Assembly: GCF_009914755.1 (NCBI RefSeq)
Contig: NC_060933.1
Reading direction: 5' to 3' (one strand)
Source of the DNA: the human T2T-CHM13v2.0 reference genome, Homo sapiens
DNA: 64,000 bases
Shown: positions 39,266 through 54,029 of the stretch, piece after piece
Layout: every line of letters begins with the position of its first letter
Position numbering within the stretch: position 1 is the stretch's first letter
The notes under the pieces: model-generated
The model's database searches: none
What the model was told of the DNA's origin: nothing
The model's input: only the letters and a program-made list of their open reading frames with translations
Program-made: the position numbers and the translations under genes

Positions 39266-41459
39266 ACCATTTTTTTTTCCAGAGGGTGAAAGTGCAAAGA
39301 AGGGAGTTAAATGATATGATATAAATACTGGTAGATAAAGATATAATTAGGGAAATTACAGCCAACTTAAAATTCCCTATTATTATTTCCCAGTTACGTG
39401 TCTTGTCTCACAGCAGTTGTCATTTTTCCATTCCCATTCCCATCTTTTTTTTAATGCAATGAAGTGTTTTAATGAATATCCTGAAATGATAATATTCTTT
39501 ATTATGGTTTCAGAATATTCTTTATGTGTGACCTAATGGCAAATGATAAAAGCCAAATAAATATTTAATAATTTCCAATCAATTCCTGTGCTTGGGGCTC
39601 ACCTAGCTATAAACTTTTCTGAACTTAACATGTATTGGAAGTAAGTAGAAAATTAGTTCGACTCTTTCCTTTAGCTTCTGACACTGCCTCGTTGTGTTTT
39701 TATTATTTCTTATTCCAATACCAAATTTCAATTCAAATCTATATCCATCAAATTGGAACTTCTATTTTAAGGTTTTTTTGTTACTTCTATATAAATACTG
39801 AAAAATTGTATGTAAGCTTAAGTACTTAAAAAGAAAAACATATTTTAGAGTAAGTAAAGAGACACTAAACATACAAATATATGTATGTTTCCTTTTAGTA
39901 TACAAAAAAAAAAAAAGTCTATTTGAGTGTTATCACTGTTTTTTCAAAGAAAATTCTTACATACATTGGGATTTGCTCCCAGCATAATAAGCATGACCTC
40001 TGTTGGAATTTCTGCTGGTTTCAAATGAGACAATTGTGAATATTCCAGCAGCTTCTGATAGCATTAATTTATGAAAATGTCACTCTCTGACCTTGGCAAA
40101 TTGCAGTTCAGTTTTTCAATGAACATCTAGTTCTTAGAACTTCAAATTCCATATTATCACTAGAGGCCCATCAACTTGCTTTTTTGTCCTGTGTTCTGGA
40201 TCTGACATAGAGCTGCTTGTGTCAGATTCTGAGAAAAGACATGGCAAAAAAGCCAAGTCTTTTTTCAACTAAATAAAGATTTTCCTCAAATTCGTAAACA
40301 CCCAAATATGCTATATTCTAGTGAATTCCTCTTTTGAACGTCATGGTTTGCTGAAGAAAATTAGTAAACACAGTTGAAATCCCCAGGTTTTCTCTATGCC
40401 AATTAAAATAAACTGATTTTTGTCTTTAACAGAAACTCATGTTCTCTTTCCTCAAGATGTTTACAGTAAATAGATTTGACATTTCAAATCTGGCTATAAT
40501 GTAGGTAGCAAACACAGCACTGAGTATGACTTTGAATAGGGTTAATCTTTCACTTGTGACACTGGCGTATGTGCTTCATTTCAATTCTGCTTCCAGGCAT
40601 TAATGCTAATTGGTCTTCTTACCTGAATATCTGGAGGCGCTACACAAACTGGATGAAGTGGGTACTTGTAAACAGGATTGTACAGAGATCATTCAGTTAG
40701 TACTTATATTTCATTGTAGCCTGAGCTAAATTCTTTTTTTATGTTTACATGCACAGTATTCACAGGTCTTATTTTATATTCCAAGCTAATTAATGCTTTT
40801 ATAGTACAGCAGATAGTAATACATATATTACTGAAGATGTCGTACTGTATCATATAACTAATTGCAAACATGGCTTTGAAATAAAAAATATAAAATATTT
40901 TAATAGAAAATGTTATTGTTAAAAATTAAATTTCTTTTGCAGCCTACTGGGGTTTCCTTTGAATAGAAATAATTTAAATATAAAAATACTCATTTTAACT
41001 GAGTTTGTTTTTCTTTTGATTAGCTATTTTATTTGAAATTTTTAAAGACACCCAAAATAAGAGGGTTTTAAAATCTCTTAGATTATTTCCACAATGGTAG
41101 GGTAAACTGGTAAAGTGAAAATATGAGAAATAAAGAAAAGGGCCATCATCAATTTCAAGAAATCTTCAGCAAAGTATTTGTAAGTTGTTGTTCATTTGTT
41201 TTTTATGTTGCCTTATGTTAAAACATTATAACCTGATTTGAGGTATATGGGAAAATTCCTACATAAATATCCATAGAAGTGATAGCAACAGGAAAGTTGT
41301 ATATGGAAAAAACCTCAAAAAATTATTTTGTATAAGGGGAAACTGAGTCTTAAAGAAGACTGTACAATTGAACCTAAAGCCTAAAGCTGATTAGCAGAGA
41401 AATGGGCCTGGGATCGTGTTTCCTGACACATAGTATGATATATTTCTACTACATCAACA

Positions 41460-41636
41460 TTTCCCAGTCTTGCCTGATTTTTAGAACTGTTTAGGACACG
41501 TTTTTGGAAATAAAAATTTCCAAGCACTGCTCCTGGAGATTGTGATTCAGTAAATCTGGAATTAGACCCAAGAGTGTGCATTTTTAACAAGCATCCTAGA
41601 GGATTTTTATACTGAAGCAATTTTAGGAATCACTGC
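41460..41636. mobile_element. MER5-like hAT-Charlie element
   Basis: GAGATTGTGATTCAGTAAATCTGG...GTGCATTTTTAACAAGC...AGGAATCACTG. Confidence 0.75.
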
Positions 41637-41879
41637 TTCTGACTATTTTAATGACTGGATTATTTGTTTCTGCTACAATATGGAGTATTTGTTGCTGTTG
41701 GCAAAAATGACAGTTTCAGGTAAAGTATAACACATTTCTTACTATCCCATGTATATGTGAAAAAAACCAAAAATTTTCAATGTTTTCAATAAGCAATTTT
41801 TTTTTTGCCCATTTAGAAATTAGTAAAGTTGTTCAATCACAGAGTGCAGTTTTGCTTTCTATGATACCTAACCTAACTC

Positions 41880-43520
41880 AAAGACCCTGAGGACAATCCA
41901 CTTAACATCTATCCACTTAACACCTGTCTTTAACATGCCTTGACTTCCGCATTTTTGATAACTTTCACAATGTCTCCACTCTAGATGTGGATCCTCAAGG
42001 TCACATCCTGAACTTGGCCATCATCTGGAGCTGCTACACATCTGAAAACCTAAATTCTGCTCTTCCAATCTCTGACAACTAACTTCTATTTTTCCAGATG
42101 CCATCTACTTTATTCTTATATTTTATTCACTGAGAACCACAAATTCCTCCCCATTTTAAAAATGTTCGGCCTGAACTTCCTTGTACTGTATATACTCTAG
42201 ACACATTAGCCTCCTTTCAGATTCTTGAACATGACAAACTCTGTTTTATACGCAGAGCATTCTTCTACTAGCTTTCATATGATTTCTTCCCAACATTTCA
42301 AGTCCTAACATCAGTTTTTACACTGGAAACATTTTTCATGACTACCTACCTACCTGTAGTAGTTGACCACTAGCTCAACTAACTATCTTCTTGGCCTCCT
42401 AATGATGTCCCTCATTTAATAAGCTGTATATATTTTATGTACTTATTTGTTTATTTTGGCTACACAAGATTATAAGTTCTATTAAGAGCAAGGACAATGC
42501 TTTGTTTATTATTGTATTTCCAGTACTTAGCATAATGTCTGGCTTTTAGTAGTCAGTCAATATGTTCAATACGGCCATACATTTCTCACACTAACCTGTT
42601 ACTTTTCCTATACTTTTTGTTTCAGTGAAAGGAACAACTGAGTACCCAAGTAACCAAAGCAGAAACATGGAGTAATACTCTAATGAATGAGTCTACAAGA
42701 TCTGTCAATGAATTCTTCTGATATGTCTTCAATTGTCCTTCCTTCCTTCTATCCTTCCTTCTTTCTATCCTTCCATCTCCTTTCTTCAAATATTTATAAA
42801 CTTCCTATGTATCAGGCACAATTCTAGGTTCTTAGGACTTAGAAATGAACAAAAGAGCTAGAAACCCTTGCCTTCAAGGAGTTGACATTCTATATTTCCC
42901 ATTGTTCAAAGCTTTATTTATTTCTCTGCAGAATTACTCTGGCAGTCCTTCACTTCAAAGGCCTTTCACTGGTCTCCCCACCTTTAGTTTCATACTTCTC
43001 AAGTTCAATCTCCACATCAGTCTCCTAAATTTGACAGTATACTTCCTCTTGGTTTGAGTGATTTTTCTTTCCTTCAGAGTAAATACTGATGTATTTGCAT
43101 TGTTTTGTAAGGTGTTTTATTGTGTGATGCCTGCATACCTTCCAGACCTCTCATAGTTCACAGGCTCTCATTACATATTTCACCATCACAAATAATTCTC
43201 AGGGTACAAAAGTCCCTCTCCCAGGTTTACAACAAGGTTCATTTGTTGCATCTGCCTTGTGTATGCTTCTTATCACCTTTTTCTGGCTCACTCCTATCTG
43301 TAAATCACAACTCAGCTCATGTTTCATATCCTCTAAGATAAATGCCTCCACTCCTTCTAATTGGGTCCCTTTTTATTTACTTTTAGCACAGAACAGCTAT
43401 TTCTGTCAAAGCACTGATCAAATAGCACTGTAATTGTCACTTTATTTCTTTAATTAGATTATAAACTCCTTGAGATCAGAAATTTGTTGACTCTCTTATC
43501 TCCCAATAAATTGAACACAA
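41880..43520. mobile_element. Several degraded L2 fragments
   Basis: L2 3' motifs (GATTATAAGTTCTATTAAGAGCAAGGAC...GTCAATATGTTCAAT; antisense CAAATATTTATAAACTTCCTATGTATCAGGCAC). Limits approximate. Confidence 0.55.
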
Positions 43521-43621
43521 ACGAAGTTTTACATTCAAATTTGGGTATTTTTTTAAATGTGAGTTATTCTTGGGTTTATAATACTAGATCTCAAAATAGT
43601 AACGTCTTTGTATAGTCATGA

Positions 43622-43957
<336 letters not shown>

Positions 43958-46859
43958 TAGTCTTGCTTTTTTAAAAAAATATATATTTGCTTTTAAGGCA
44001 AATTTGGTGCCTCAAAAGTGTTCTCAGCCAGTAAAAAGCAAAACAAAACAAATTAACTTGATCAATTTTGTTGAGTACGGCTTATGGAGTCTTAAGAACT
44101 CAGTGTTAATTTAGGCTGTCTACATAAATTTAGGCTAGCCACCACTCCTGAAATTAGAATCCTTGTCAAAGCTGGACTTCTTGGGAGCTGGATTAGGGAT
44201 AGGATTTGTCAGAACTGGCTTTTGTGAGATAAAGTGAACTTGATGCTTCAGAAGCGGTGGCTTTGGGAAGCACGTTGGGTTAAAGGACAGGAAGTATTCA
44301 AGAAGTGAACTGGTGGGTAAAGGATCTGGAACTAAGGCAGAAGGGCCCGTTGAAGGCAGATTATAGATTTCCTGGACAAAAGTGTGGGCAATGCCAGTAT
44401 TTTAAATGGGAGCTGTTAAGGATGTTAAGTGGCCTGTTTAGTCACTTTTTCTCCAAATAGCTGCAAAAACTTGGAAAAGGAAGAGAGAATCTTATAGTTA
44501 CATTACATGAAGAACTGTTAATGACTGGATATTTTAAACAAGTAGTTGCAGTCTAACCTGCAAAAACAGGTATTAGGTTTAGTTTAGTGGCACCAGAGGG
44601 CAAATATAAGATTAACATAAGAAATTGCAAAGAGACATACTAGCTAAAATTAAAGAACTTTTTAATGGCTCAGAATGTCCAACAATGGAATAGTAGAATG
44701 CATTGCTTTGTAAGTAAGTGAAAATGGTAAGTTGTAAGTTGGTCATTTCATCCATCTGGGGGTTGTAGTGAGATTTCTTCTCTGAGTTAAATGCTTTTGA
44801 GTTGGATGACTGTTCATATTCTCCATGTAATTGAATTCCACAATTTACATTCCCCTCTCCCACTTTAGAACTTCATTTTTGACACAAAATTTCCTGATTT
44901 CTAAGTATAATGTAGGGGACTACCTACTAATAGTGAACAGGATCCCCAGCTCCTGATGGTTGACAACTGCAAGGAAGATGGGGTCTCTCAGAAACTACTT
45001 ATAAGAACCAGCCAACATCTGCTCTGTTTGAGACGAGCATGTCAAACAATGAGAAATGCAGAGGGAAACAGAGAGATGATCATGAATCCTCTGTTCATCA
45101 AGTAGGCAATGCTAACCTTAAAATGTCTCAGCATGTTTAACCTCTGTAGTTTATTTTTAAATACTATATTTATTTTAGTTGCAATTCTGTTAGATATTCA
45201 AATCATTTTCACCTATCCGAAACATATTGTGCAGTGACTCATCAGACATCTGTAGCAAGTAAATATACACAGTGTATTTTTAGAGTAGCAAATATCTGTC
45301 TATGCATTTATAGTACAAGTAAAATTAAACCTGATCTGAGAAAAGTGAATTATTCAGCTCTGACCACTATTGCGCCATTTTCACCTTTAGAACTTACGTT
45401 TCTATGCTGCAATTTTTAGATCACCTCCAACCTATAAATGCCAGACTTAAATGAAAAATTGTTCTGTTTTTTTTTCTATGGACTATTTGCTAGAGGAGTC
45501 CTTCTGCAGTGAATGTTGAATGCTGTTAATTCCTATTTATGGCTTTAATAGCTTTGCATTAATGAAAAAGTCAGATACCCTTTATATACCCACCTCAGGG
45601 CTTCATCTAGGAGATGTTCCATTGATGTGAAAAAGAGGCAAATTGATTTCTGCCAAAAATGAGAATGTAGTAAAGAGGCTCAAACTGCATGTGGATAATG
45701 AAATGGCTTGCTTTATCACAAATATTTGTTGCATATGTTTTCTACTTATTTCTTCTAATGGCTGCCCCCTGCTCTTCATATAGCTCAAATTTGATGTCTA
45801 AATTGTTACATGTGTTGACAGAAAAAGGAAATAAAGAAGATCTCATAATATTTTAGTAATAAGAGAGTTAAATGTAGATATATTATTTCTGCATTTTGAT
45901 TTGTGCTGTTCAAGGTTATATGAATAACTAAGAAGTTTTCTTTTCAGATGTATTAGACTCCTTGGGACACCTGATCAGGGTCTTAATCACTGCATCTGTA
46001 AAAATGAGGTAAGATGTGGGAAACTAAAAACTTTTTACCAAAGAAGTATAGTTTTTTTTTTTTCCTCTTCCCTTTAAAGTATCAGGAATTTCCAAGCTAT
46101 CAACATTTGCTGAATCTGCCTATGCATAGTTTTCAAAAATAGTCTATGTTTAATTTATTTCCAAAATACTTTCCATTTCAGCAGGTTTCCATGAAGTGAA
46201 ACATTTACTATAAATGGATAAATTTTGTCAGGGAGCTGCTTCAACAGTGTCCTAAATGAATAGTCAGAGTAAAAGCATAGCACAGATATAGTCAAAAAGA
46301 AGTAACCCTCTTTTTTTAGAAAAAAAAAGTGCTAAATTTTAAAGCACAGTTTTATTCTGCAACTTGGACAGTATCCCAGGTATCTTGTTTAGAGTATGTG
46401 AGTGCTGCAGAGAAGTCAGAGAGAAAAGATAGAAGCTGGAGTAGAATCAGCTGGATTGGACCCAAGTAGACTAGGCCTACTGTAAAAGTAAGACCACTAC
46501 GGCTGGAGGAGTTCACCAAGAAACTGACACACAGACTGGGAGTCATGTTGCTGCCAAGGTGGGACCAATACTGATGAAAGGTGCCCAGAGCTAGAAAGAG
46601 GAGGGGAGAATCAGAGACTCGCAGACTCAGATTCAAATATGAGATCACAAGATGAAGCAGAAGCCAACTCAAGCAAGAAGTAACAGGAAGAGGGTGATAA
46701 GTAACAGCTAGAACATGTACATGAGTCAAGACATGTGTGTTTGCCTGATTCATGAAGCCAGGAAAGGGATAAAAATTCAGGCAGCAAGTGGTGTGGCATT
46801 TTATTTTGATTTGAATGTAAGTAGTCATCAAAATTAATGAATAAAAATAGTTATCAGTT

Positions 46860-48895
46860 TGTATGTATAGACATTTAAGAATATTTCGTACTCCATTTGC
46901 AGCTATAAAAATGAATAAAAAAGATTTCTATTAACTGATATGGAGTGATTTTCAGGATGTATTTTCAAGTGTAAATACTAAAATGCAAAAGAATACCTGA
47001 ATACCTATAGTGCATTGCCTTTTATATAAGAAAAAAAGAGTAAATAAGAAAATAATGAACACATCTGCTCATTTGTGAATAAAGTAATTCAAGTAGTAAA
47101 AATAAAAAATGAATGAGAAATAATGAGAATGGAGTGAAAAGAAAAAGGGAATGGGGGTTAGAAGAAAAGGGGAGAGAGAGACATTACTCTAGGTATACCT
47201 TTAAGTATACTTCTGCAGCTAAGGATCATAGCAACATTTCACAAACAGAACCAATATATTGATAAACTCAAGCTGGATGTCTTAAGGGGAACCAAAAATG
47301 GAATAAAACCATAATGAATAAGCCTAACTCTATTACAGATTAATAACATAGCCCTACTGAAGGGGTCAGGGAAAAATAACAAGATGAAGTAGATTCCAAA
47401 AGATTATTTTGACAAGATACGTAAGGATAAAGATAAAAATAATTGTATACGAATAATACTCTAGCTAAATTTTGCTTTACTGGTATATGTATTAGTAATT
47501 CTGAAAATATATTATGTAATTGTGTCTTACAGAAATAGACTGTGGGTAACAACACAAGTTTCTCACTATCAGAGAAAGGAGTTACAAATAAGGAAAGTGG
47601 AAGGCTAGAATGAACTCTGTGATGTTGGGTTGGAACTGAAAATATTTATCAAAACTCTTGGCTTTTATTATAAGTAATGTGAATAAATAAGAAATAGATG
47701 TAGACGTGTGTACGTATGTGTTACTATATACACAAATACTTTCAAGTTTTGTTTACAGAGAAGGCATAACAGCAATAACATCCTAGTAGTAGTGAGAACA
47801 CCAAATGTCTAGATTTTGGTTTCTAAATGCAATTTTCTAATAAAAACAAACAAGAATCCTTGAGAAAAATGGCTGATTCCAGGGTTGGGCAATTGCTGAG
47901 GAAGTCCAAGATGAGTCCAGAATATCTTAGAATGCCAGAAAAGAAGAAAGTGAAGAAACAATTTTTTAAAAAAGATGAGGGTTCACAGGAGCCGGTTTAA
48001 AGAATCTCTCAATAGCCCAAACTGGGTTAATTTGGGGAAAAAATTAAATAGTGATAGCTATGAATTTTGGCCCATCAAATAAAATAAATGAGTCTGTATT
48101 GACAGAAATAAATAATTGAGTGCATATACAAATAAATGGAATAAAAGAAACATCTCTTTCTTAGAGTAGAATTCAAATTAATAAATATAAGAGAAGCAAT
48201 AAAAATTCACCACTTGGTAAACAATTTAGTCATACTTATTGCAGTCAGGAGTCATCAGTGAATGCTAAAATTAGTGGAAAAGTTATAATTAGAAACAAGA
48301 TATTTGCACAGTCTATAGTTATCTTCCCACAAAAAACTTATTAATTTCAAAAGGAAAAATAGAAATGTTATAATAGGGAAACTTGGCAAAAATTATCAAG
48401 TTTACCTCATTAAAAGTAAGACATATCATCATCATGTTCATCTTCAAATGATACATTGAGAAGGGCATAATACCGTTTTGAGTATACCTGTCACATATGC
48501 ATAATCTGAATCTGACCCTGAAAAAAATATCCCCAACTTTAGGAAAATGCTAAAAACTAAATAAATAGTACTCTTCAAATCTGTCAGGGTCATGTAAGAC
48601 AAAGAAAACTGAGTAACCATCACAAACCGTAAGATAATTAAAAGTCCTGACAACTAAATGCAAAGTAGGGTCTGGAGTTGGATCCTGGATCAGGAAAAGG
48701 ACACTAATGGGAACATTTGAAAACTTCTAATAAGGTAGAGAGAGCAGTTAACACTACTGTATCAGTGACATTTCTGTATTTATATAATTAAGTTTATGTG
48801 AGATATTTTCAATAGGGAAAGCTACATTTAGGGTTTACAAGCACTTTGTATTATTTTTCTAATATTTTAATGTCTAAAGCTATTTTTCAAATAAG
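46860..48895 (+). mobile_element. Old L1MC/L1MD 3' region
   Basis: A-rich strand with GACAACTAAATGCAAAG...GGATCCTGGATCAGGAAAAGGACACTAATGG and a terminal TCTAAAGCTATTTTTCAAATAA. Confidence 0.7.
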
Positions 48896-49409
48896 AAGCC
48901 AGAAGATGATAGGCATCCATAGCATGAACAGCCCAAGTAGTATAGCAGAAAACCATTTGTATTAAATGTAGTATTTAATTAAACTTTTCCACTCATTGAC
49001 CTACCACATCAGGAGTTTCACTACATTATCCATTAATTGGCAAAATCTTTGGTTTAGTGAATGTTTTCCTAAACTCTAACCATTTATCTGACAACTTCAC
49101 CAACATGAAAACATTACTTCCATTGGAGCAATTTTCCCCTTTTAGACTTTTCAGGCACAATATTCCACAGAATGTACCCAATGTGGCTAAATAATGTTGG
49201 GGACTTGTGTGCCTTTTCACTTTGGTGATAAGAAAAATGTCTGGCTTAATGCCCCGTCATAGCAAGCATTGTTGTCATACAAAATCTACTTAAAGGAAAA
49301 AATGTTTTGATTTGAAAAGACTGTTACTTAATGATAAAATGAAAAACTCACTAAGAAGATATAACATTTATGAATCTGTATGTGCCTGTCAACATAGCTT
49401 TGTAACATA

Positions 49410-49814
49410 TGTCCTACTTTGTTTTTGCTGCTATATAACAAATATCTGATAATGGTAATTTATGAATAATAAAAACTGTTTTTATCATAGTTAGGGAGGC
49501 TGAGAAGAGGTCCATGACCAAGGCTCTGGAACGTTTGTTTTCTGGTTAGGGCTTGCTCTCTGCTTCCAAGATGGAGCCTTATTACTGCAGCCTCCGGAGG
49601 GTACCAACACCACATCCTCATATGGAAGAAGGGGAAAAAGGGTTAGGCAGTTCTCAAAAGCCTCTTTTATAAGGATATTAATCCCATTCACATGGGCAGA
49701 GCCCCCTCGTGATTTCACTACTTCTCCAAAGTCCTCTCCTCTTAAGAATATCACCTTGGACTTTAAATTTCAACATGTGAATTTTAGAGGAACACATAAA
49801 TTCAAACTGTAGCA
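49410..49814 (-). mobile_element. MSTC-like MaLR solo LTR
   Basis: TGTCC...TGCTGCTATATAACAAATATCTG...TTTCAACATGTGAATTTTAGAGG...AAACTGTAGCA. Confidence 0.8.
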
Positions 49815-50767
49815 ATATACATAGAAAAAATAAGCTAAAAGCTAAATTGATAAATTTCTATAGTAATTAGGGAATTTCAACAATTCTGTCTCGAGATTAA
49901 TATAATAGATCAAGTGTTTGATCTGTTTCAAAAAGTTGCTTGCTTAGACTACTGTCAGAAATGAAATTTGAGATTGATCTTGAAGGCTATAGACATACAG
50001 AGTAGAAAAAGGCATTCTGTACAGTAGACTTTCTAAAAATGTTTTAAAATATCAAGGTTTAGGGCATCATTGCATAATTGTGTCACATATGGATATTTGG
50101 AGTAGCTTTCTTTTTCTTAAAGAAACTCATCTGTTTGATAAAATAGGAAAGTATCCCACACTGAAAATCTGTATTGCCATGACTTGCCACCATGTTTATG
50201 AAAAGATCTATCTGGGTTTACAAGCGACTTGGAATTTCTTTGAAGCTACTTTGAGATATGCCTTTTAATGCCGGATGTTACAAAAATCCTTTATTTGTAA
50301 ATATAACCAAATGAAGAGATAAAATTTCCAGATATTTAGCTGTCTTTGTAAAAATAAAAAAAAATTGTAAAGTCAAAATGTTTCCTTTAATCTTGAATTC
50401 TAAACTCAGGTATCTAAATACAGATGCAAATTCTTAATAATTATATCTGATTGCATTAAACAAGGGCTACATAATCAGGATGATTTCCTTTGATCTTTCC
50501 TAAAACTGCAGGTATTTATTGAGCTGTCTCTGTAACTTTTGATGTACCTATTATTATAAATTATAAAATATTATTGAATATTTCAGAATAGATTATCCTG
50601 GAATATGCCCTGTCACAAAGCGTAGGTCCCAGTTATCAACAAACAAGTCTATTGAAATAAGGACTTTTCATTAAAAGTTAGAACTCTGTAGTATAAAAGT
50701 ACTTATTTGTCTCATTCAGATCTCTCTAAGAGAATAGGCACCTCATTTGTCTTGCACCTCATTTGTC

Positions 50768-51058
50768 TTTTTTTTTGGAGACAGAGTCTCACTCTATAGC
50801 CCAGGCTGGAATGCAGTGGTGTGACCTCCGCTCACTGCAACCTCCTCCTCCGGGCTCCCAGCGATTCTCCTGCCTCAGCCTCCTGAGTAGCTGGGACTAC
50901 AGGTGCGTGCCACCACGTCTGGCTAATTTTTTGTATTTTTAGTAAAGATGGGGTTTCACCATGTTAGCCAGGATGGTCTCAATCTCCTGACCTTGTGATC
51001 CACCCGCCTCAGCCTCCCAAAGTGCTGGGATTACAGGCATGAGCCACTGTGCCCAGCC
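50768..51058 (-). mobile_element. AluS (Sc/Sg-like) SINE
   Basis: Full antisense Alu with short tail. Confidence 0.93.
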
Positions 51059-54029
51059 CAAACTAGTCTTATTTATCATTTTATCCTATCACCTAAGGTA
51101 CAAATGAAATAACTATTACTTTAATATATGAACAAATGAACAAACTAACAAGCAAATAAATACATTCATAAGTTGCAACAGGAAAACCTTTCTATTAAAA
51201 AATGGATGCTTTATTTTAAAGCGAAAGGTACCCAGACCTTTGATTAGGTTCCTGACCATCACTGACAGATATTAACTCTAAAGACAGGTCAGGAGGACTT
51301 TTTTGTCTCTCTTTAAAGTTCCCTGGGTTCCAGAAGAGATGAAATTTCTGAAGAACCAAAGTATATTCCAGATCTCTTAAAGGTAAAAGGAGAAGTTGGT
51401 CACCCTATGTGGCCCGAACCCAGAGTTGTGATGCAGGTTTTAATTCTGTCACTCTCTAAAGCATTTGTCTAGGACTATATAACAGCAGACTATTTCTGAG
51501 TACTACTAGCCTAGGGACAAGAGAACTTTGCAATGTTCATTCTTTAACTGGGGTCTTTAAGTCTTCTGGAAACTGTATTTTGAATCTGTATGCAAATTCT
51601 AACCTCTTTTTTATATTTCTTACTTGTCCAGGCTTGAGCCATAGTTGCAAAACCAAGTTCTTGCTTCCTTCGTGTTTAATGCTTTTTACTTAGCCTTCAC
51701 TAAGACCCTTCTGTATACACTCTGTGCCCCTATCCCACGCAAGAACCCTATTTTCTCCGACTTTAGAAAGGAGAAAGAAGGAAGGGAAGGAAGTCAGTCT
51801 AGACATCCACATTTATTTCTTTGGGTTAAGCACCACGATGTCCGAGAAATTTCTATTTAAATCAAAATAGCACAAGGAATCTCAACGATGAAAAAACATA
51901 ATTTTTTTTTATTTGAAATAGTTGACTAATTACATAGCCGTCCTTCAAGGAAGAAAGGAACTAACATAAGAATAGATTACCAGGCATCCAGAAAATAAGG
52001 AATGCTAGAAAAAGAGTGAAAAGTGCAATTAAAGAGAGATAAGAAGACTCCAAAATTGTTCCTTATCTTAGATATTGTTCCCTGAATTTGTATATGTGCA
52101 GAATATGAATTCACCTGAAGTCTTTAGAAGATTGTAACATGTCTTTGAAGCTCCAATTCTATACCAAGCAAGTTTATAGACTTAAAACCCACAATATTTC
52201 ATTTTATTTGGGGCAGAGGAAGACAGACCTTTAATGACTCTATTCATGATAATGATCTGAAAAAGAGAAATAACGTTTGGCAGTATTTGGATTTTTTAAT
52301 CAAGTTTTAATAATGGCTATGAGCCAAATAAAATAAAAACTGTTTTCTTTTGTATTTTTCTGTCTCTTCAATATATAAAATTCCATTTTGCTAAAAACTA
52401 CTAATTTATCTACCACATAAAATGTGACTTTTCATAACTGCAAAAAAATAGTGTACACATCATTTGAAACTGAAATGAGAAACTGTATATATGAGCAATA
52501 AATATAGTAAACATGTTTAAATGTAAATGTAAAACACAAACCTCAGACAATGAGCCTACATGAACATTGTGATATTTAGACATTTGTCAGACAGCCTTTT
52601 TCTGTTTTGACAGCCAAATGAATGCTATATATAGAGGGACTGTCTTTGGAAGATAGACTTCCTTGCCTAGTTTCCTTTACTCTGAACAACTGCAAGACAT
52701 TTCAATGTGTGGGAAGCATCTATGGTACAGAGAGTTGGAAAACATTCAGGCAGAAAGTATCAAAACAGTCAAATACTTGCAAATCCAATATGCTCATCCA
52801 TAATGATTCATTCTCTATTTAAAACACATTTTCAAAGTCTAGGACAATTCCAGCTAACAAAAGCCTTTTACTTTTGAGCTTCTTACAAACGAGCTTAAGT
52901 AAAAAAAAGGAATATAGAATCTAAATTTTAACAATTTATGGTTCTAGATGTTTTTTGTTATAGTGCTCCTCGTATGTGAGACAAAATTTAACTTCAATCG
53001 CCATATCTTTACATCGTCTGTAGCCTTTGTTCTTATTCTTTTTCTTCCTCTTTTGTATAAAGCTACAAGATAAGAAACCAGGAATGCAACTTTCTACATA
53101 AAAGAAAGCTGTGATTCCCAGAATCCTGGCTTAAATTTGATTTATATTCTCAGTGTGGGTTCCACTATATCTAGCTGGAAATTGTTTTTGAGATACTTGG
53201 ATGTGACAAATGGTGTGAATTTTAAATTTGTGAAAATAAAACAATATTATCATTTATGGCTATGTCTTAACAATTTTTCCCCTTTGTAATTTTTAAGAGA
53301 GTTGGGCTCTAAATGAGTGTATTTTCTCCTACACTCTGCTCAGGCTCTGCTTTTGAGGATAGCTTGTTTGGGTTACTCTACCCCTAGAGAAGTAAATTTA
53401 ATATATCTTCTTTCACTTTTGATTAAGTCAAGTGAGATAATTGATGGAATGAATATTTTTAAGCAGTGTAGAGCTATCATTTAGAAGAAAAATAAGATCT
53501 TATAAAAGGCATGGAAAAAAATAATTAAATCTGGAATATGTTTTAGGTTTGGAATTTTATTAAATTTGCAAACATAATAGATATTTCAAATATCATATTA
53601 AAAATTTCTTTCAGATCTAACCAAATAAAGGAAACCCATTAAAAAATGTGGGTGGAGTAAGAAGACTGTATTTTTTTAAAATAAAATCTTCCATGTGTTT
53701 TTCAGAAAAGAATAGTGTGTTTATAATTAACTTCTTTCAAAGCATTTGGGGACTTAGAAAATGGCAACATATACAACCCCCAATATTTTAGGAGTAAGGT
53801 CTTTAGATGGCATTATGTATAATCTTTAAGATCTATACATTTTCAAATGATTGCAAACAAAAATGAGAAAAGCTAGCTCTTCAAAGATTTGGGAATGCAA
53901 ACACTCTTCTAGGTTATATCACAAAACACAGTCATTTGCTTTCATTTAAGTCATAGCTTTTCTCTGCTTTACAAATGCACTCAAAATGTCTTTACTTTTT
54001 ATTTCATTCAGATGCTTATTTAAAAAATG

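Noticed and set aside
46352-46831. 159-aa hydrophobic ORF
   Set aside because: Non-ATG start and no recognisable domain. Composition reflects a purine-rich opposite strand, probably an old repeat.
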